Assembly: GCA_050084985.1 (NCBI GenBank)
Contig: JBITNC010000001.1
Location: 118,420,001 to 118,484,000 of the forward strand
DNA length: 64,000 nt
Direction: 5' to 3'
DNA from: Nageia nagi
Taxonomy: Eukaryota; Plantae; Pinophyta
A program made the position numbers and the translations under genes. Shown here in pieces: positions 41,409 to 54,840 of this stretch (position 1 is the first letter of the stretch; every line of letters begins with the position of its first letter). Below the pieces are notes generated by a model. That model ran no database searches. It was not told where the DNA came from and was given only the letters and a program-made list of their open reading frames with translations.

Positions 41409-42600
41409 ATGGTGGACCCATATCAATAGTTTCCTTATAGAAGGCCTGGGATGGCCTTGGACTAATCATAAGGATAACATCCTCATGCATTTGAGAGTCA
41501 ATGACTTAGCCATCATCAATCACATCCAGCATGACCTTCCTCTTCTCATGGCCTTGGTAGAAAGGTGGGATCATGACACTAACTTGTTTCACCTACCCTC
41601 AAGTAAAATAATAGTCACCCTAATAGACATTTATAGAATATGGAGTATATCAGTTCAAGGTTGGCTTATGCATCAGGTCAAGGTTGTATATAATAATGAG
41701 AGATAACAACCATCATCATGGTTGATAGGTGAAAAGGCCCATGATTGGGAGTACAAGGCCATCCACTTTTCCTATCCATGTAAATTTGCCTCTCCAAATA
41801 GATACTTGAGGCTTCTTAATGCCTCCATCATCTGTACAAACTTATGTCCAAATAAGAGTACTAGCTCCTCTTTTCCTCTTGGCTTGGTATAGGTAGTATA
41901 ATATATATGTTCCAAGGGAACACATTTCTTTGGGGTGCCCCTTGTTTTGGTGCAATTATATTGAGACTTGCATAATTTTGTATGTGTTGATAAGTACAAC
42001 ATCATGATTGCTCATGTTGGCCTTCTACAAGCATGGGCATATGAGAAGATAGTCGTAGTTTGACTAATTGGACCATAAAGTGAGGGAGGATCCATCAGAT
42101 ATTGCATTAACATGTTGGATATCAAGACACCTTTGGTACAAGTACCCATAGAATTTAAAGGCAAGGCATCGAGAGATTAACTAGCTCCAACTTGAGGAAC
42201 TAGTATGGGTCTCATATGTAGATTTCATTTGGTAGGAGGATGCCAACTTGCTTACTTGGGTGACGCAACCTATTTTCTCTAGAACTAGAGAAAACTAGTA
42301 GAGTCATACCTTCCTTAGAGGGTAGTTAGATAATTTAGTATTTGATAGGGCATTCCTCTTGCCCTAGTTTACTATTTATGGTAAAGAGATGAGAGGGATG
42401 CCCCTTGAGAGGTAAATATCATGTGTGAATGGAAGACTACTTAGGAGGAGATTAAAAACTTAGACTCTATTGAGGAGATATCCATGGATCTTGGTATTAT
42501 GAGGGGGTTCATGGCATGGTGGGATACTATTTGACCAATCCCATTGGGAATGGATGAGGATGGTGATGAGGTAGCAGTGGCTTTAAAGGGATAATCAATT
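41409..42600 (+). pseudogene. Plant Mobile Domain (PMD, aminotransferase-like) ORF, antisense within the Ogre element
   Basis: LLMALVERWDHDTNLFHLPSSKIIVTLIDIYRIW and GLLQAWAYEKI are hallmark PMD motifs; stops present. Confidence 0.85.
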
Positions 42601-44299
42601 AAGGACCAAAAAAATGTAGATAAATATATGCATGACATCCTAATGCAAGGACAATCTACCATTCCAGCACCAAGATAGGTAGCCTTGGTTGAGGCTATAC
42701 CACTAGTTGCAGTAGGTACCACCTTATCTAATACTTATTGGTTTCTTACACTTTTGAATTCTTAGGTAAAATTATGATCAAAAATAACTTAACTTATTGG
42801 TTTCTTACACTTTTGAATTTTTAGGTAACATTATGATTGAAAAATAACTTAAGTTTTTTATGTGTTCTAATAGTGAAACCTCTAATTGGAGTGTTGCTTT
42901 GGAGATTGAGATTGAGAGGCTTAAGCCTTTTGAGACCAAGGTTTTTGATTTAAAGGCACAACTACCCACTCTTTAGGCTACTCTCATAGTGTGGGATGAA
43001 AAGATAGCCTTCATGGGTCAGTCCTCAAAGAGGCTATAGGAAAGGGTGGAGATGCCTCCTCTTGATGAGTAGTGGTCCCTTATTCATTGGCTTCTCAACC
43101 AAGTGAAGAGAATTAGGGGGAATTATAAGAGGTCCAAGGAAATATTAGGCTCTCATGTCATTAGTGTGAGTGATGTATCATATGGTATGTCTATTATAGG
43201 ATAAACAAGTGGTTCTAGGAGAGTATCTACACATAGTGATGCAAGGAGTAGTGGTAGTAGTGCACACAATTAGGATGTATATTGAGATATGGATCCATCC
43301 CTTTTGGGTTATATATAAATGATTATTTTTTACTCCATTTTTGTGTATAATGTAGAGGCATGTTCTATTTTTGAAACATTGTTGACATTAATGAATGTTT
43401 TAGTTTCCTATATAGTTATACTATCAAAATTTGTAATTAAAAAGTAATAATTTTCAAATTTTATAAGAAATGATACACATACAATCATCCATATTTTCAT
43501 TTGCTAAACAAAATAGTAATGTACTATATGGAATATACATAAGTAGATAATAAAATAAAATGAACACACACAAATCAAATTTTTACAACCCATATTCCAT
43601 TTTAATGCAAATGTACAAATGAACCTAAAACAAGATCCCCCATCACACAAATAATTACACACATGGTCTAGTTTTTTCTTTTTAACAATATTAAGACTTG
43701 ATTGTAATCATTACAGACACTTTAGGGGACCCTAGGGATTAGAGAAATAATATTCTTATTTATTCTAGTTTGGGAAAGGTATGCCATTAACAATGCAAAA
43801 ATGATCGTACATCATTAGCGATATGGGTTTTGCTAAGTTAGAAAGAAATATATATAAGGGAACTTTTTAAAACTTACCAAGAAGATGAATACAATAATGG
43901 CCTAACAATTATGCCTATGCAATATACCTTTTTGACCATGCAAAAAATAACCTACCCATGGTACACTACCATTTGCAATTTTTTTAACTTTAAAGAAATA
44001 ACTTGACATACCTACGAAGGTTTTACAATTGATACATAATTTGCAAATTTGGGTGCAAAAATAGGTGCCTTTTTAATGGTGTAATTTACATTGTTGATAG
44101 TGTGAAAATAGTAGTGCATGTCATTAGGACATTCATCTTGTAAGCTTTGACATGGTAATTTTTCTTTCTCCACTAGAGTGTTTGCTACTTGTTACTTATG
44201 TCTCTTACACTCATAACAATTAGAAAAATAATAGTTCATATAATATGAAGTACTTACTGAACCCATGAAACCTTTTGGTTGTTGAGTTATCTTCAGTAA

Positions 44300-46400
44300 A
44301 GGGTTTGTAAATATCTCTAACTATCCATTATAATGATGTACAAGCCCTTTTATTGATTTAGGATTCTCATCCATCTAAATTGTTGTCTTGTGTTTGAAAT
44401 CTTGAATGATATTTCCTAAGACCCTACAATTTCTTATTAGCCTAGTTTCCTATGATAATTACAAAAATTTTCATATCTATAATTTTTAGGAACACCATTA
44501 AAAAAGTGATGTTGAACCATTGGTGGAAGCTCAATAAGTTCTCTTTTACTAACACATTGAGAATATTATCAATAATATCAATTAGGCTTGTAAATCTCTT
44601 TTGTGGCTTATTCTTGTTTCTATAAACAATAGTTGTAGCAACTTCAATTTTCTTTTCAATCACTTAAGGTTATCTTTTGTTTCATATATTTGAGGTTTTT
44701 GATAACGTTTCTTATAAGTTTGCCTAATACAGTCTTCTTTTTTAAGTAAAATATCTATCATTCCAACTAATGTAAATTCATGATTAGAGATAACCAAAAA
44801 TTTATATATAGGCAATAAAACATTTGCAAAAGTATCCTTTAAATCTTGCTCAAGCATAAAGATTTTATTTGCAATATATTTGAGTACTTTCACAAAATCA
44901 GACAAAGATTGGTAATGCAATTGGTTAATTTTATACAAATATTTTAATTGAACTTTTTTTGTAATATTATATCTAAAAAAATTTAAAAATTTATGTATCA
45001 AATCTTTATACTTATTAATACTCTTTTCAAGAAGACTAAAATACAATTTCAATGCATCATCCTTTAAGCTATTTGAAAACAAACTTGCAAGCATATATCT
45101 ATTATGAAAATATTACATAGCTTCATTTGAAATTTTCTAATATACATTTTTGGATCTTGCAAACCATAAAATTTCATAATTTTTACTAACAAGAAATTTA
45201 AAAATAATTTTATCAATCAATGGATGTTTTAAGCAAAATAATAGATCATCTTCACCATCTTTAAGTAATTCTTTTTCTAATTTCTCAATCCTTTCATCCA
45301 TTATTTTTCTTGTATTTGGCATTACGGGAGGTTATTTTGGTTTTTGGTTTTTCACTATAGGTATATTGATCTTTGGGAATGATGGTGGGGTTAGAGGTGG
45401 TGCATTGCTAGTTTGAGAGGGTGATTTATGTGTTATTTTCCTTCTAAGTTCATCCTCTTTGATTTATAAAAATTGTCCATTCCTATATATTATTTCATGT
45501 TCAAATTTATCAACCAATAACATAAACACTAGTTATTATTCCTCATAAGTCTTTTGAAAATAATCAATTTCTTGAGCATTTAAAATAGCATCAACTTTTA
45601 TTTCATGATCTACTTTGGACCAACCAAGGCTATGTTTATAAGCATTATTAACTAATGTAGAGAGTTGTTTAGTAATGTATAATACATTTTCATCATTAAC
45701 CAACTTACCCCTACCTTTTTCCTTATTATAACTTTTAGGAAGCATACTTGGATTATGATCTACTAGATATTCATATTTGACTTTGCTTTCCTCATTGACA
45801 TCTTTGATGATTACCTTGTTTTGGGTTCCAATATCCTCTACATCCACATTGTTAGCAACATGTGTACAGTCCAAGCCATTAGTGACATTCTTCTTAAAAG
45901 TAAAAGCACTCTATTTTTTAGATCTTGCATTTTCATAAGGAAATAAACTAGATCCAAGGATTACAACATTATCGAATCTGCTTCTAACAACTCATAATTT
46001 GTTAAGATATCTATAATATCTTCAAAATTGTTAGTAAGATAATACTCCAATTTTTCTTTATTAGATAGCAATTCCTTTATTGATTTAACATGGTTAGGAA
46101 TTCTATGTAATTCTTCAATTTTAACATCACTATCAGATGTATCACCATGGCTTCCTAAACCTACATTATTAAAATCAAAATCAGTAAAAGACATATTAAC
46201 CTTATTAGGATTTTCTTCAATAATAATCAATTTTTGCTAGAACTGGTAGATTTAGTGTCATCATCCTCATCAGTATCCATTCTATCATTTGTATTAGGCT
46301 CTTGCATAAGTAAATTAGAGTTAACCCTAACACTTCTCGTGATATCATCAAAATAGATCTTACTTCTAGAAGCCCTAGGTTATTCTTTATTCAAATTCAT
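44300..46400 (-). pseudogene. gag (and upstream ORF) of the Ogre element
   Basis: LFSNSLKDDALKLYFSL..SINKYKDLIHKF (retrotrans_gag-like); FCNYHRKLG..NCR zinc-knuckle remnant at ~44420-44470. Confidence 0.75.
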
Positions 46401-48428
46401 CTTTGGAATACAAATAGAACAAATCATAGTTTTATCATTTTCTCTAGCTCTATTACTCTAAGAACCTTAGTTAAGGGAAGAAAATAACATAAATGGATTC
46501 ATATCTCCTAATAAGAGATGCCTTAGAAAAGAATCTAGGTGTGTAAGAATGTTGGATTCACCAAAATGTAATCTATAAATTTTGCAAATACAGATATACA
46601 TAATAAATAAATATATCTATAATATAAGAAGAAGAGCTATATACACTACATCAGATACAACAAATATACATGAAACACATGAACCTGATATGAAATGTAT
46701 GTACAATCCTCAAAAGTAAATAGAAATGAATCTCAACAAAATTAGTATTGGATTTATGGTGAGTTCGTAATGGATCTTCATGTACATGAATCAACAACTC
46801 GACCATCAAAATCTAGAACCTTTGATCTAGAATACACACATTATTAGAAATGTGGAACAAATAGATTTATGATATGTAGGAAAGATAGAAAGTTACAAAG
46901 CTCAGAGTATAACAATTTCTCATAATAGGTGGCATTGAAAGAAACCATAGCTTCATGAAGATTACAGTAGACAACCACTTATCAAAGATCTTATCATATC
47001 AAAGAGTTTCGATCTATGAAGGTCAAGCTATTCAACTGACATATATAACCTACAAGGACATAAAAAAGAGTGAATGTTGACCTCTAGTAATAATATAATC
47101 ATTGTTATATTTAGTATACTTTAAAATATGAACCATGATAAATGATATAACATTTAATATAACACATGGCATAGCATTGCAATATCAACTTTATCTTACC
47201 ATTTGTAATATTGCAATAGATCATTTAGAAAGTAGAAATATGATTTATTAAATAAATAATAAACCATTTTTAAGCATCTAGAATTATGATATATGTTCCA
47301 ACATGATGTTCACCTAATGATTTATGATCATGCAAAGTTGTTGTAAATTGAATGATGTTAACAACAATACTTTTTAAATGGTATGCAAATGATATATCTA
47401 CTTTAGATGATATGAATGATCATAGAGAATTCATATCTACAATCCATAATAATATATGAATGACAAATGAAAGAAAGATGTATATGTTGCTATCTAATGT
47501 CAAGTGTCAAAAACAATAGAAAAATTATATAAATAATTATTAAACACATATTATAAACCTTATAAATATTCCAACCATGTTCACCCTTTGCAAAGATAAA
47601 ATATGAAGAAATAAAAAATGAATGTCATGTAATGTTCCTTACATGTTTCACATGCACAGTCAACTCATGGTGTTCATTCAATAAATATAAGTTTCAATTT
47701 TATTAAACTAAACTATGGTAATTGAATGATCGTTATGTATGATTATTCATCCTAAGTATACGCCATAAGTATCACTTGCACTATTGGATCTTATGTACCA
47801 CTATAGAGCGAACTCTTCACTAAAGAATTTTCAAAATTTAATTTTGGACACTAATTTAATATGTAAATGTTGTTCAATTTAAATCCAAACAACTCTTGGT
47901 ATTTTAACAAGTAGTGGAAATATGTGCATCAATCTATAAGAAATTTATATATAGAATTTAGGCCCAAATGACCGATGCAAACATAGACATAGACTATTAA
48001 AATGAATTTAAACAAAACACAATCAAGATTTTTCTACTCTTTTATACCAAAGTATTAGGTTACATGTAAACCCCTTTCTAACATTGTTGTTCATTGAGTC
48101 ACTTCTATTTCCTTTAGGTATTTTTCCACTTATCATTGAGAGTTTTTTCATCTTCTTTAGTTCCATGGTCTACAATTATACAAGTTTCTTGAAATAGTTC
48201 AATAACTCGACTTCATGATATTAATAAGGTTTTTACAAATGCTCCGTCAATATAGAAAAATAGTTATATTTATTTGATAATAAAATGTTGGTAATCAACA
48301 ATAATGTCTATTTGTATAATATTCAATAACAACACTCTCTAAAAACAAAAAAGGAAACATAGCTTTTCTTTGGCTGAAAACCTGCACCATATCACTTATT
48401 TGAGACTCTGGATCTCACATACATTGTA

Positions 48429-49100
48429 TCACCCATAATCTCCACAGAAACATTCTTTGTATTGAAAAGATGGAATCGGTTTACTTCCCTCTCAACAATA
48501 TCCATCGCAATAATGTAGTAGGTAAACTTGGTTGTAGTAAGTAGACAGTCAACGCGTACTCAATTTTCTTCACAACTCACATAATGGTTCTGAGGGAGTC
48601 ATAACAAGCCAAAATGCAATTGCCTACTGTTTTATATGCTGGCAGAGGCAAATATATATCGTCAGCCTTTACATCACGCAACACAACTATTGTGTTTGGA
48701 ACATACCCTACTACCTATATCTTTCTCGATAATTTTCCATACATCTCCTATTTTTGTGGTGTGATTTGTCTGCTACATGGAAAACGTGTACCCTACGAAC
48801 ACAATAATAGTGTTTGCGATGTGTTTGACAAAAATGCCATTGAGGTGCAGTTGCCTGGAATGCAACGGGTGAGTGAATGCGAAGTGTAGAGTGTAGAATG
48901 TATTTAGTCAAATTTGTATTGCGTGCTATTCCAATTCACCAATAGGAGTCATACACGTATTATTTTGGTGGGTAAGTAAGGAGATTATATGAATGTATAA
49001 ACGCAATAAACAAAAGTTTATCAAAAGAAAAGGAGAGGAGATGCGACCTCTTGGCCTCTATTATACCTTGATTTGATTGCAGAGACTGATTGCAATACAA
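48429..49100 (-). pseudogene. PLS-class PPR-E-DYW remnant collapsed to ~0.7 kb
   Basis: N-terminal ISLCNQ..EA, GELE*AR..FD, ANTII, E+ RVHVFHVADKSH, GYVPNT.VVLRDV, and terminal REVNRFHLF..KECFCGDYG* (TGA 48431-48429). Confidence 0.85.
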
Positions 49101-49183
49101 CAGTAATCTATTTCTACCTTTAATAATATATAATTTCAATTATAGGGTTGAATGTAACGTGCAAAGGATTCATTTTCAAAATA

Positions 49184-49524
49184 CTACAGCAACAAGACAT
49201 ATGGCCTTAGGGCCATCTAATTCTACCCTTATTAATATAATATTTCGATTAAAGAGAGTATGAACAAGATTTCTTACACGAAATGAATGATAAACTTCAA
49301 ATGTAGGCAACAAAAATAACTCATCAACATCTTTTAAAAATCGAATTCGAGATTTCTTCAAAATAATAGGCATCCATCAAGATCAAATAGAACTCAAAGC
49401 GAAAACAGGGGAAAAGGAATGTGGCTTACTTGGCCACAAATCGAATCAACAAAAGACTGCCCACAAATTTCTCCCAAAGCCCTTCTCCAATCTCCACCAG
49501 AGAAAAACCTCGTCTCTTTATATA
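49184..49524 (-). promoter_or_regulatory. Putative TATA box, short 5' exon and GT-AG intron upstream of the PPR remnant
   Basis: Minus-strand TATATAAA at 49524-49517; donor CAA|GTAAGC at 49429; acceptor tcttgttgctgtAG at 49184. Confidence 0.45.
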
Positions 49525-49634
49525 TTAAAGGGGCCACATAAAACATATTGAATCAAATACTTTTAGGTTCAAAAATTAAATGTATACTTATCTTTGATCT
49601 AGATTAAATTTTTCCCTCATAAATGAAGGTTGTT

Positions 49635-49830
49635 TTAAAGAGAAACGGTGAGCATTCACTAAAAATAGCCATAGACAAAAACCATCGGACAACATCCTCC
49701 AAAACATTCTCTTTCCGGTTGCATGTTAACCTGTTAAGGGGTGGCCTACGGAGGAACACGTGCTCACATTCCAAGATTTTTCTATATGTTGGGGATTTAA
49801 AATGTAATTGACAATTCAATGTTATATCAT
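49635..49830 (-). pseudogene. Degenerate TIR domain remnant
   Basis: HDITLN...FKSPTYRKILECEHVFLRRPPL...VLEDVVRWFLSMAIFSE aligns by eye to the conifer TIR consensus YDVFIN...FASHLYRRLLSHGLRVFLDRPEL...IEEAIRTASVHIAIFS. Confidence 0.6.
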
Positions 49831-50139
49831 GTGCTCCAATCCTCAATGGTTTCTTTGTAAGTTTAATATGCACCATATTCTTTAGTATTTGCCTTTGTTT
49901 TTCCAATCGTTTCTAATCTTCTATATATATATATTATAAAATTGTATTATATATGGAAGGTTCATGATATTTCTTTACGATGGGTGAAATGGGTTGAAGG
50001 GTTATTATGAGTATGACATTTTTCAATATTAGTATTGTTAGAAAGGAATACTTAGATAGAAAATGTGTATATAAGAATTATATATACTAGTTTTGATATA
50101 ATCTCTTATATATCAAAAAATGTCAAAATGAATTAATGG

Positions 50140-50304
50140 ATAGGGGAGTTGGAGTAGTGGATAGTTCAAAGCTCTCGGATACAAGAGATTTTGGTTAGAA
50201 ACTCTCTACCCCTAAAAGTTGAAACATACCTAAAATCCTATTGAGGCGGGGATCATGCCCTGTTCATGGTGCCCTCAACCAAAGAATAAAACTTAAAAAA
50301 AAAA
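50140..50304 (+). mobile_element. SINE, same family as 25352-25603
   Basis: gggagttgg..agtggat.gtt.aa.ctctc..aagag..ggtt..aa.tctct..ccct.aaa..gag..ggggatc.tg.cc shared; ends in poly(A). Confidence 0.65.
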
Positions 50305-50949
50305 TTGATATTGCTATATCTAACATTTTTTATGCAATCATTATTCAAAATCATCTAAGCTTTTATTTAATAAAATAAATTTAAAAAAAAAATTATACAA
50401 AACCCAAAATTTATTACATGAATAAGAAGCTATCAAATTTAAAAATATGTATTGATAAAAATATGAGTAACCTAAATGTGTCTCCTAGTTTGACAGAGAT
50501 GGAGTAGATGCTCCTCTCAATACCTCTGATGAGACCCCTATGGAGAAGAGGCTATGAAAAAGGATGTGATTCGTTTCTCCTCCTTGGGTTGTTGTGTGCA
50601 TGCTAGGAGGCACTTTTGAAGAAGAAAGGTATCCTGAAACTATAGGGCAAGGCAATGCTAATTTGCATACTGTATGAAGGTGGCTAGTGAATTGTGTGTG
50701 TCCCAAAAAAGTCAATGTTAACAACCTCTAATCTTGTAGTAGATTGAGCATCTGAAAATAAAATGCTTCTCAGACTCAATCCCCTACTGATATAGACAAT
50801 AGAATCTCAAGTTCTTGGATAAATGATGATTTGTCTACACATGTAATTTGTGTGAGTAGACTCTAAATTAACCAAGGATCATTCTCAATCTTAATGGAAG
50901 GTGCAGTTTGGTGTAAACTAGAGGAGTAGTCAATCCCTTATAAATTCAA

Positions 50950-52850
50950 AGAAAATGCCATGCATAATGGTCTAACTTGGGTGTCAAAGGTTAAGGGGGG
51001 AATACTAAGGTGGACTTAATGAATACCCTATAGATCAACCCTTAGATTGATGGAAAAGGTTCATCTGGGATCCTTGACATCCCCTTAGAGAGAGGGGGAA
51101 GACTATATAGTGAGAAACCAAACCTCTAAAGCATCTACATGAGCTTAGCAAACCAATAATGTCTACAACCCTGGGATGCCAATTCCATCGAAGAGGCTAA
51201 GGCTCTGGTCGAAAGTAAGGCTAACACATGACTCTACTTTAAAGAACTTAGGAAATGCTGGAGGTGTTGTAAAAAGAGTATTGCGGAGGCTATTACCCTA
51301 ATCTAGAGAGGCTAAAAACTGAACTCTTCAAGTATGATATTGTGTGGAACTAATCTCTTGCTCCAAAAAATGGAAAGGAAAGAGAATAAAGTCATCTTGA
51401 TCATGATCTATTCCACTTCTCTTAGACTAGGCCCTAAAGTCTCTATTCCATACAATATTGTGGGTGTGAAAGGAGTTTAGAATAACTCTCACTTGGATTG
51501 GATGCCCTAGAAGTGAAGTTGAATGCACTGCTACTCCAAAGTAGAAACTGTTGCATACTTGCATCAAACTCGAGGTGGAGTTACGATCCTTATGGAGAAC
51601 CTAGGTCCTATAAATAGGACTTCTAAATATGTGTAAGAGGAGGTGGTCTCGATGAGGCTACCATAGAAAGAGATCTATGTCTGATCTAAGGTGGATTTCA
51701 AAACATTGAAAGCCATTACCTTAGTCTTACTAAAGTTCACTTCAAGTTCTTTTTGAGTGCTAAAAGTGTCCAAAGCATTAACCAAACTCTAAAGACCTAC
51801 AACTGCATGCGATATCAAAATAATATCATTAACAAAGAGTAAGAGCAAGACTTGGCTACCATGAAGGAGGCCACCCACCTCTACGCTTGTAGTCTCTAAG
51901 ATGAAGTTCTCCAACTCATCAATGAAATGGCCAAACAAAGTTGGGGATAGAGGGAAACCCTAATTCACGAGTATAAACATGAGTTGTTCTAAGAGTCTAT
52001 GTATAGGAACCATGTCGAAGGCCTTTTGGAAGTCTACAAAGTAGTAGAATATAGGTGATTTTCAGAATCAAGCCTCCTCAATAATCACCCTAAAGGTGAA
52101 GATGTGATCTAAGGTGTGGTGATCTCTAAGGAATCCTACTTGTCCACTAGCTATAAACCCTCTCTCATCATCCATGCGAGATAGATACACCATAATAACC
52201 ATGGCATTGAGCTTGGTTAAGGTGTGATCGATCATAATAGTACTATAGTTGTTGGGAACATTAGGGCAACTAGATTTAAAAATGGGGTAGATGATGTTGG
52301 ATGTCCAAGAGGAGGGAAAACCCAAGCAAATAGCTTTGTTGAAAAGTGTAGAGAGGAAGTGAGGGAGGTTGGATTTGGCATTCCTAAGGAATTCATCTTG
52401 GAGGTTCTCAATATCCAAGGCTTTACCAGAGTTCAACTTGTGGATGGCAATGTGGATGAGAGGTGGAGTGAAGAAATCTGATAAGGAAGGTTGGGTGAAG
52501 TAGATGGGTGGGTCATGATCAATAATAGTGTAAATGTGAGAGGCGTACTCCTTCCACTCATGAAGAGAGATAGAGCTAGTGATATGTTTCTTGGGAAGGA
52601 AGGAGCACCAAAATACATTTTGATTGGAATGGAGGGAAGAGATGACATCTAACCTTCTTTTAGCTAAGAAATGACATTTCTTAATCCTAAGGAGATGTCG
52701 GTAATCTCAATGGATGGAGATGGTGGAGGAGGATTGTGGATCGAAGGATATGCAATGAAGAAGATGGTGATGGGACACCTTACAATCTGAATAAAACATA
52801 AGGTTCATTGGGAAAAATTGAGGATGAAGACAGAATGGGGAGCGAACTTT
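50950..52850 (-). mobile_element. LINE ORF2 reverse transcriptase fragment (different family from the 17.8 kb L1)
   Basis: GKALDIENLQDEFLR..LFNKAICLGFPSSW..IIYPIFKS..PNNYSTIMI..QVGFLRDHHTLDHIFTFR, YFVDFQKAFDMVP, LLFVNDII, YTYLEV. Confidence 0.88.
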
Positions 52851-53249
52851 GTACGGAAAAACTAATTTGCATTTTCTAATAAGTAATTATTGGTTTAATA
52901 ACTTTTTCAACAACTTGCGATAATAACTTGTAAATTCTTTTAAATTCCATAAAAAAGATTGAAAGATCGCTGTTTATTATATTTTGATCATAAATTTAAT
53001 ATTTTCATAAAAGAAAATTGATTTAAACTGTTTACTATTCGTGAATATTTTTCTCCATCTATTATCACTATAATTAAGTTACATTTGAATCCTTCACATC
53101 CTAACAGATATTAAATCCTTCACATTTCAATGTATCGTTAGGTTACACTTACAGTTAACAGAACTTTAAATACTCAATCCCATAATCTAGACACCCCACA
53201 ATCATTTTAGTTAAGCTTTTCATTTTATATTTTTCTATACTTGAAATAA

Positions 53250-54840
53250 ACCCACTGTCTTTGCTGCTGTCATTGTTAAAGTAATAATAAAATAAAGTGA
53301 TCCAAGGTGCCCACTACCCACTGTAGCGTATAATCTGTTTGCAGGATGATTGATTGAAAGCCACATCGCGTATTAATCGATTACTTCTTGGAATAAAATC
53401 AATTTCAGAAGGTAATATACTTTCAAAACCGAAGGTAGTCATTATTTTCAAACAGAGTTGTCTTTAGCGGCAATATCTGTCTTACAAATATTACATACAA
53501 TAATTGTAGTATACATTCACAAGTAGATTCCGGGCACTTGATGTCGTTGGTGCTGCTGTTTAAGTTACATTGGAATCAAATAAAGATAGATCACTAAGTT
53601 TTCCCATATATATACATATTTGTACGATCTGTATGTGAGAACAAATTGAGAAAACACCCTTTACTGTCAAAAAACATTATATAAACATATTTTGATGTTG
53701 CAGGTTGACTGAAGCATATCCAGTAACAGGATGATGAATATCTCAAGGCGAACGAAGGTGCTCGAGGGCCTTGCTAGCTTGAATTTGATTCCTTCTTTCG
53801 ACCACGGCAATATTTATATAGTGCAAGTTGCATCTTCATAATACTACTTGGTAGTTTCCGAATTTATCCTAAGCAAGAATCATTCTCTGCTGGTTTCTGA
53901 ATTGAAATATTCGAAGCCACAGCAACCAATTTTGGGCCGATCAGAAGCAATAGTGGAGAGAAGCGGGGCAATCTCATCCACATAAAAGCTGAAAAAAATA
54001 ACACGTCAGGTCACGCTCATCAACCGATCCATGATTAAATCAGTTCCATGGTCGCCCACTTTTTTTTTTCTTTTTATCCTGTTGCTATGGCCGCCTCTCC
54101 ATTACGAGTTTGTCTAATGGCGGGTTTCGCCTCCGAACTCCAACCATTTGCTACGAATCTAAGTTGGATCATAGTCATGGAAATCAACTTGCTTTTGTTT
54201 TTGTTAATGTGCTTAATGAAATGAAATGAAATATGGCTTAACCATCCGTATTCATGTTCTTGGGAGTGGGTTATGCAGAGGATGTAGTTGGGACTATTTC
54301 TGATTCGCCATTTCACCACCGGGCTGGCCCAGTGCCCTCTTTTATCACCGACAGTCCCAATGATGTGGGCCGCTAGGCAGTTAAGAAAGGAAGTTGGATG
54401 ATGGTATTCGTTCTACTTCTTGTCCTACATTTCAAAGCAACAGAGAATGAAACAGTAAATTTTCCAGGTAACAGGTGAGATGAGCTGTAATTGTCAGTTT
54501 TGCCTATGCGGACAGGCTTTTGACAGTGGATCTGATAAAAATCATGGCCTATAGCCACGGCCCAGATCAAAATCCAGATGAGAAAGGTCTGTATACAACA
54601 AAGGTATCAAATCGCCGAGGACCGAACTTTCCATGCAACTACCAATAACCATGGGCGTAACTTCTCCGTTACAGATAGAGCGGATGCTTCGGAACTCGAA
54701 AATTAGGACTGGAAAAGTGCGTCAGAATGACGGCATCAAATGAGTTTGGGAGAGATTAAACTGGGTATAGTTGACGCCAACCGTTCCAGATTTGTAGAAG
54801 ATGTCAACTACCAGATGAAGAATAAGATTATTACGGAATA
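53250..54840 (-). ncRNA. NLR/LRR-derived mosaic segment C (most complete copy; putative lncRNA or pseudogene)
   Basis: P-loop remnant VKSLS-(G)IGKT 54524-54496; LRR IRKLPSSIMK/CNLHYINI 53863-53810; KALEHL, VRLEIFII; eLRR-like ILPSEIDF..RLIRDVAFNQ ~53420-53352; no long ORF; CpG retained; homologous to B, D and E. Confidence 0.5.

Larger units (their letters stand above)
38391..47282 (-). mobile_element. Complete non-autonomous Ogre/Tat LTR retrotransposon (gag, no pol, antisense PMD)
   Basis: LTRs 38391-39104 and 46567-47282; perfect TSD ATTAT (38386-38390, 47283-47287); PBS-like ttttggtgaatccaac after the 5' LTR; PPT ccaaagaggcacaaaa before the 3' LTR. Confidence 0.92.

Noticed and set aside
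54399-54480. Plus-strand short ORF MMVFVLLLVLHFKATENETVNFPGNR resembling a secreted peptide
   Set aside because: Length and frame are not conserved in B and E; better explained as the antisense of LRR-like sequence
54730-54752. tcaaatgagt shared with miR828
   Set aside because: Only the central ~10 nt match; seed and 3' parts do not
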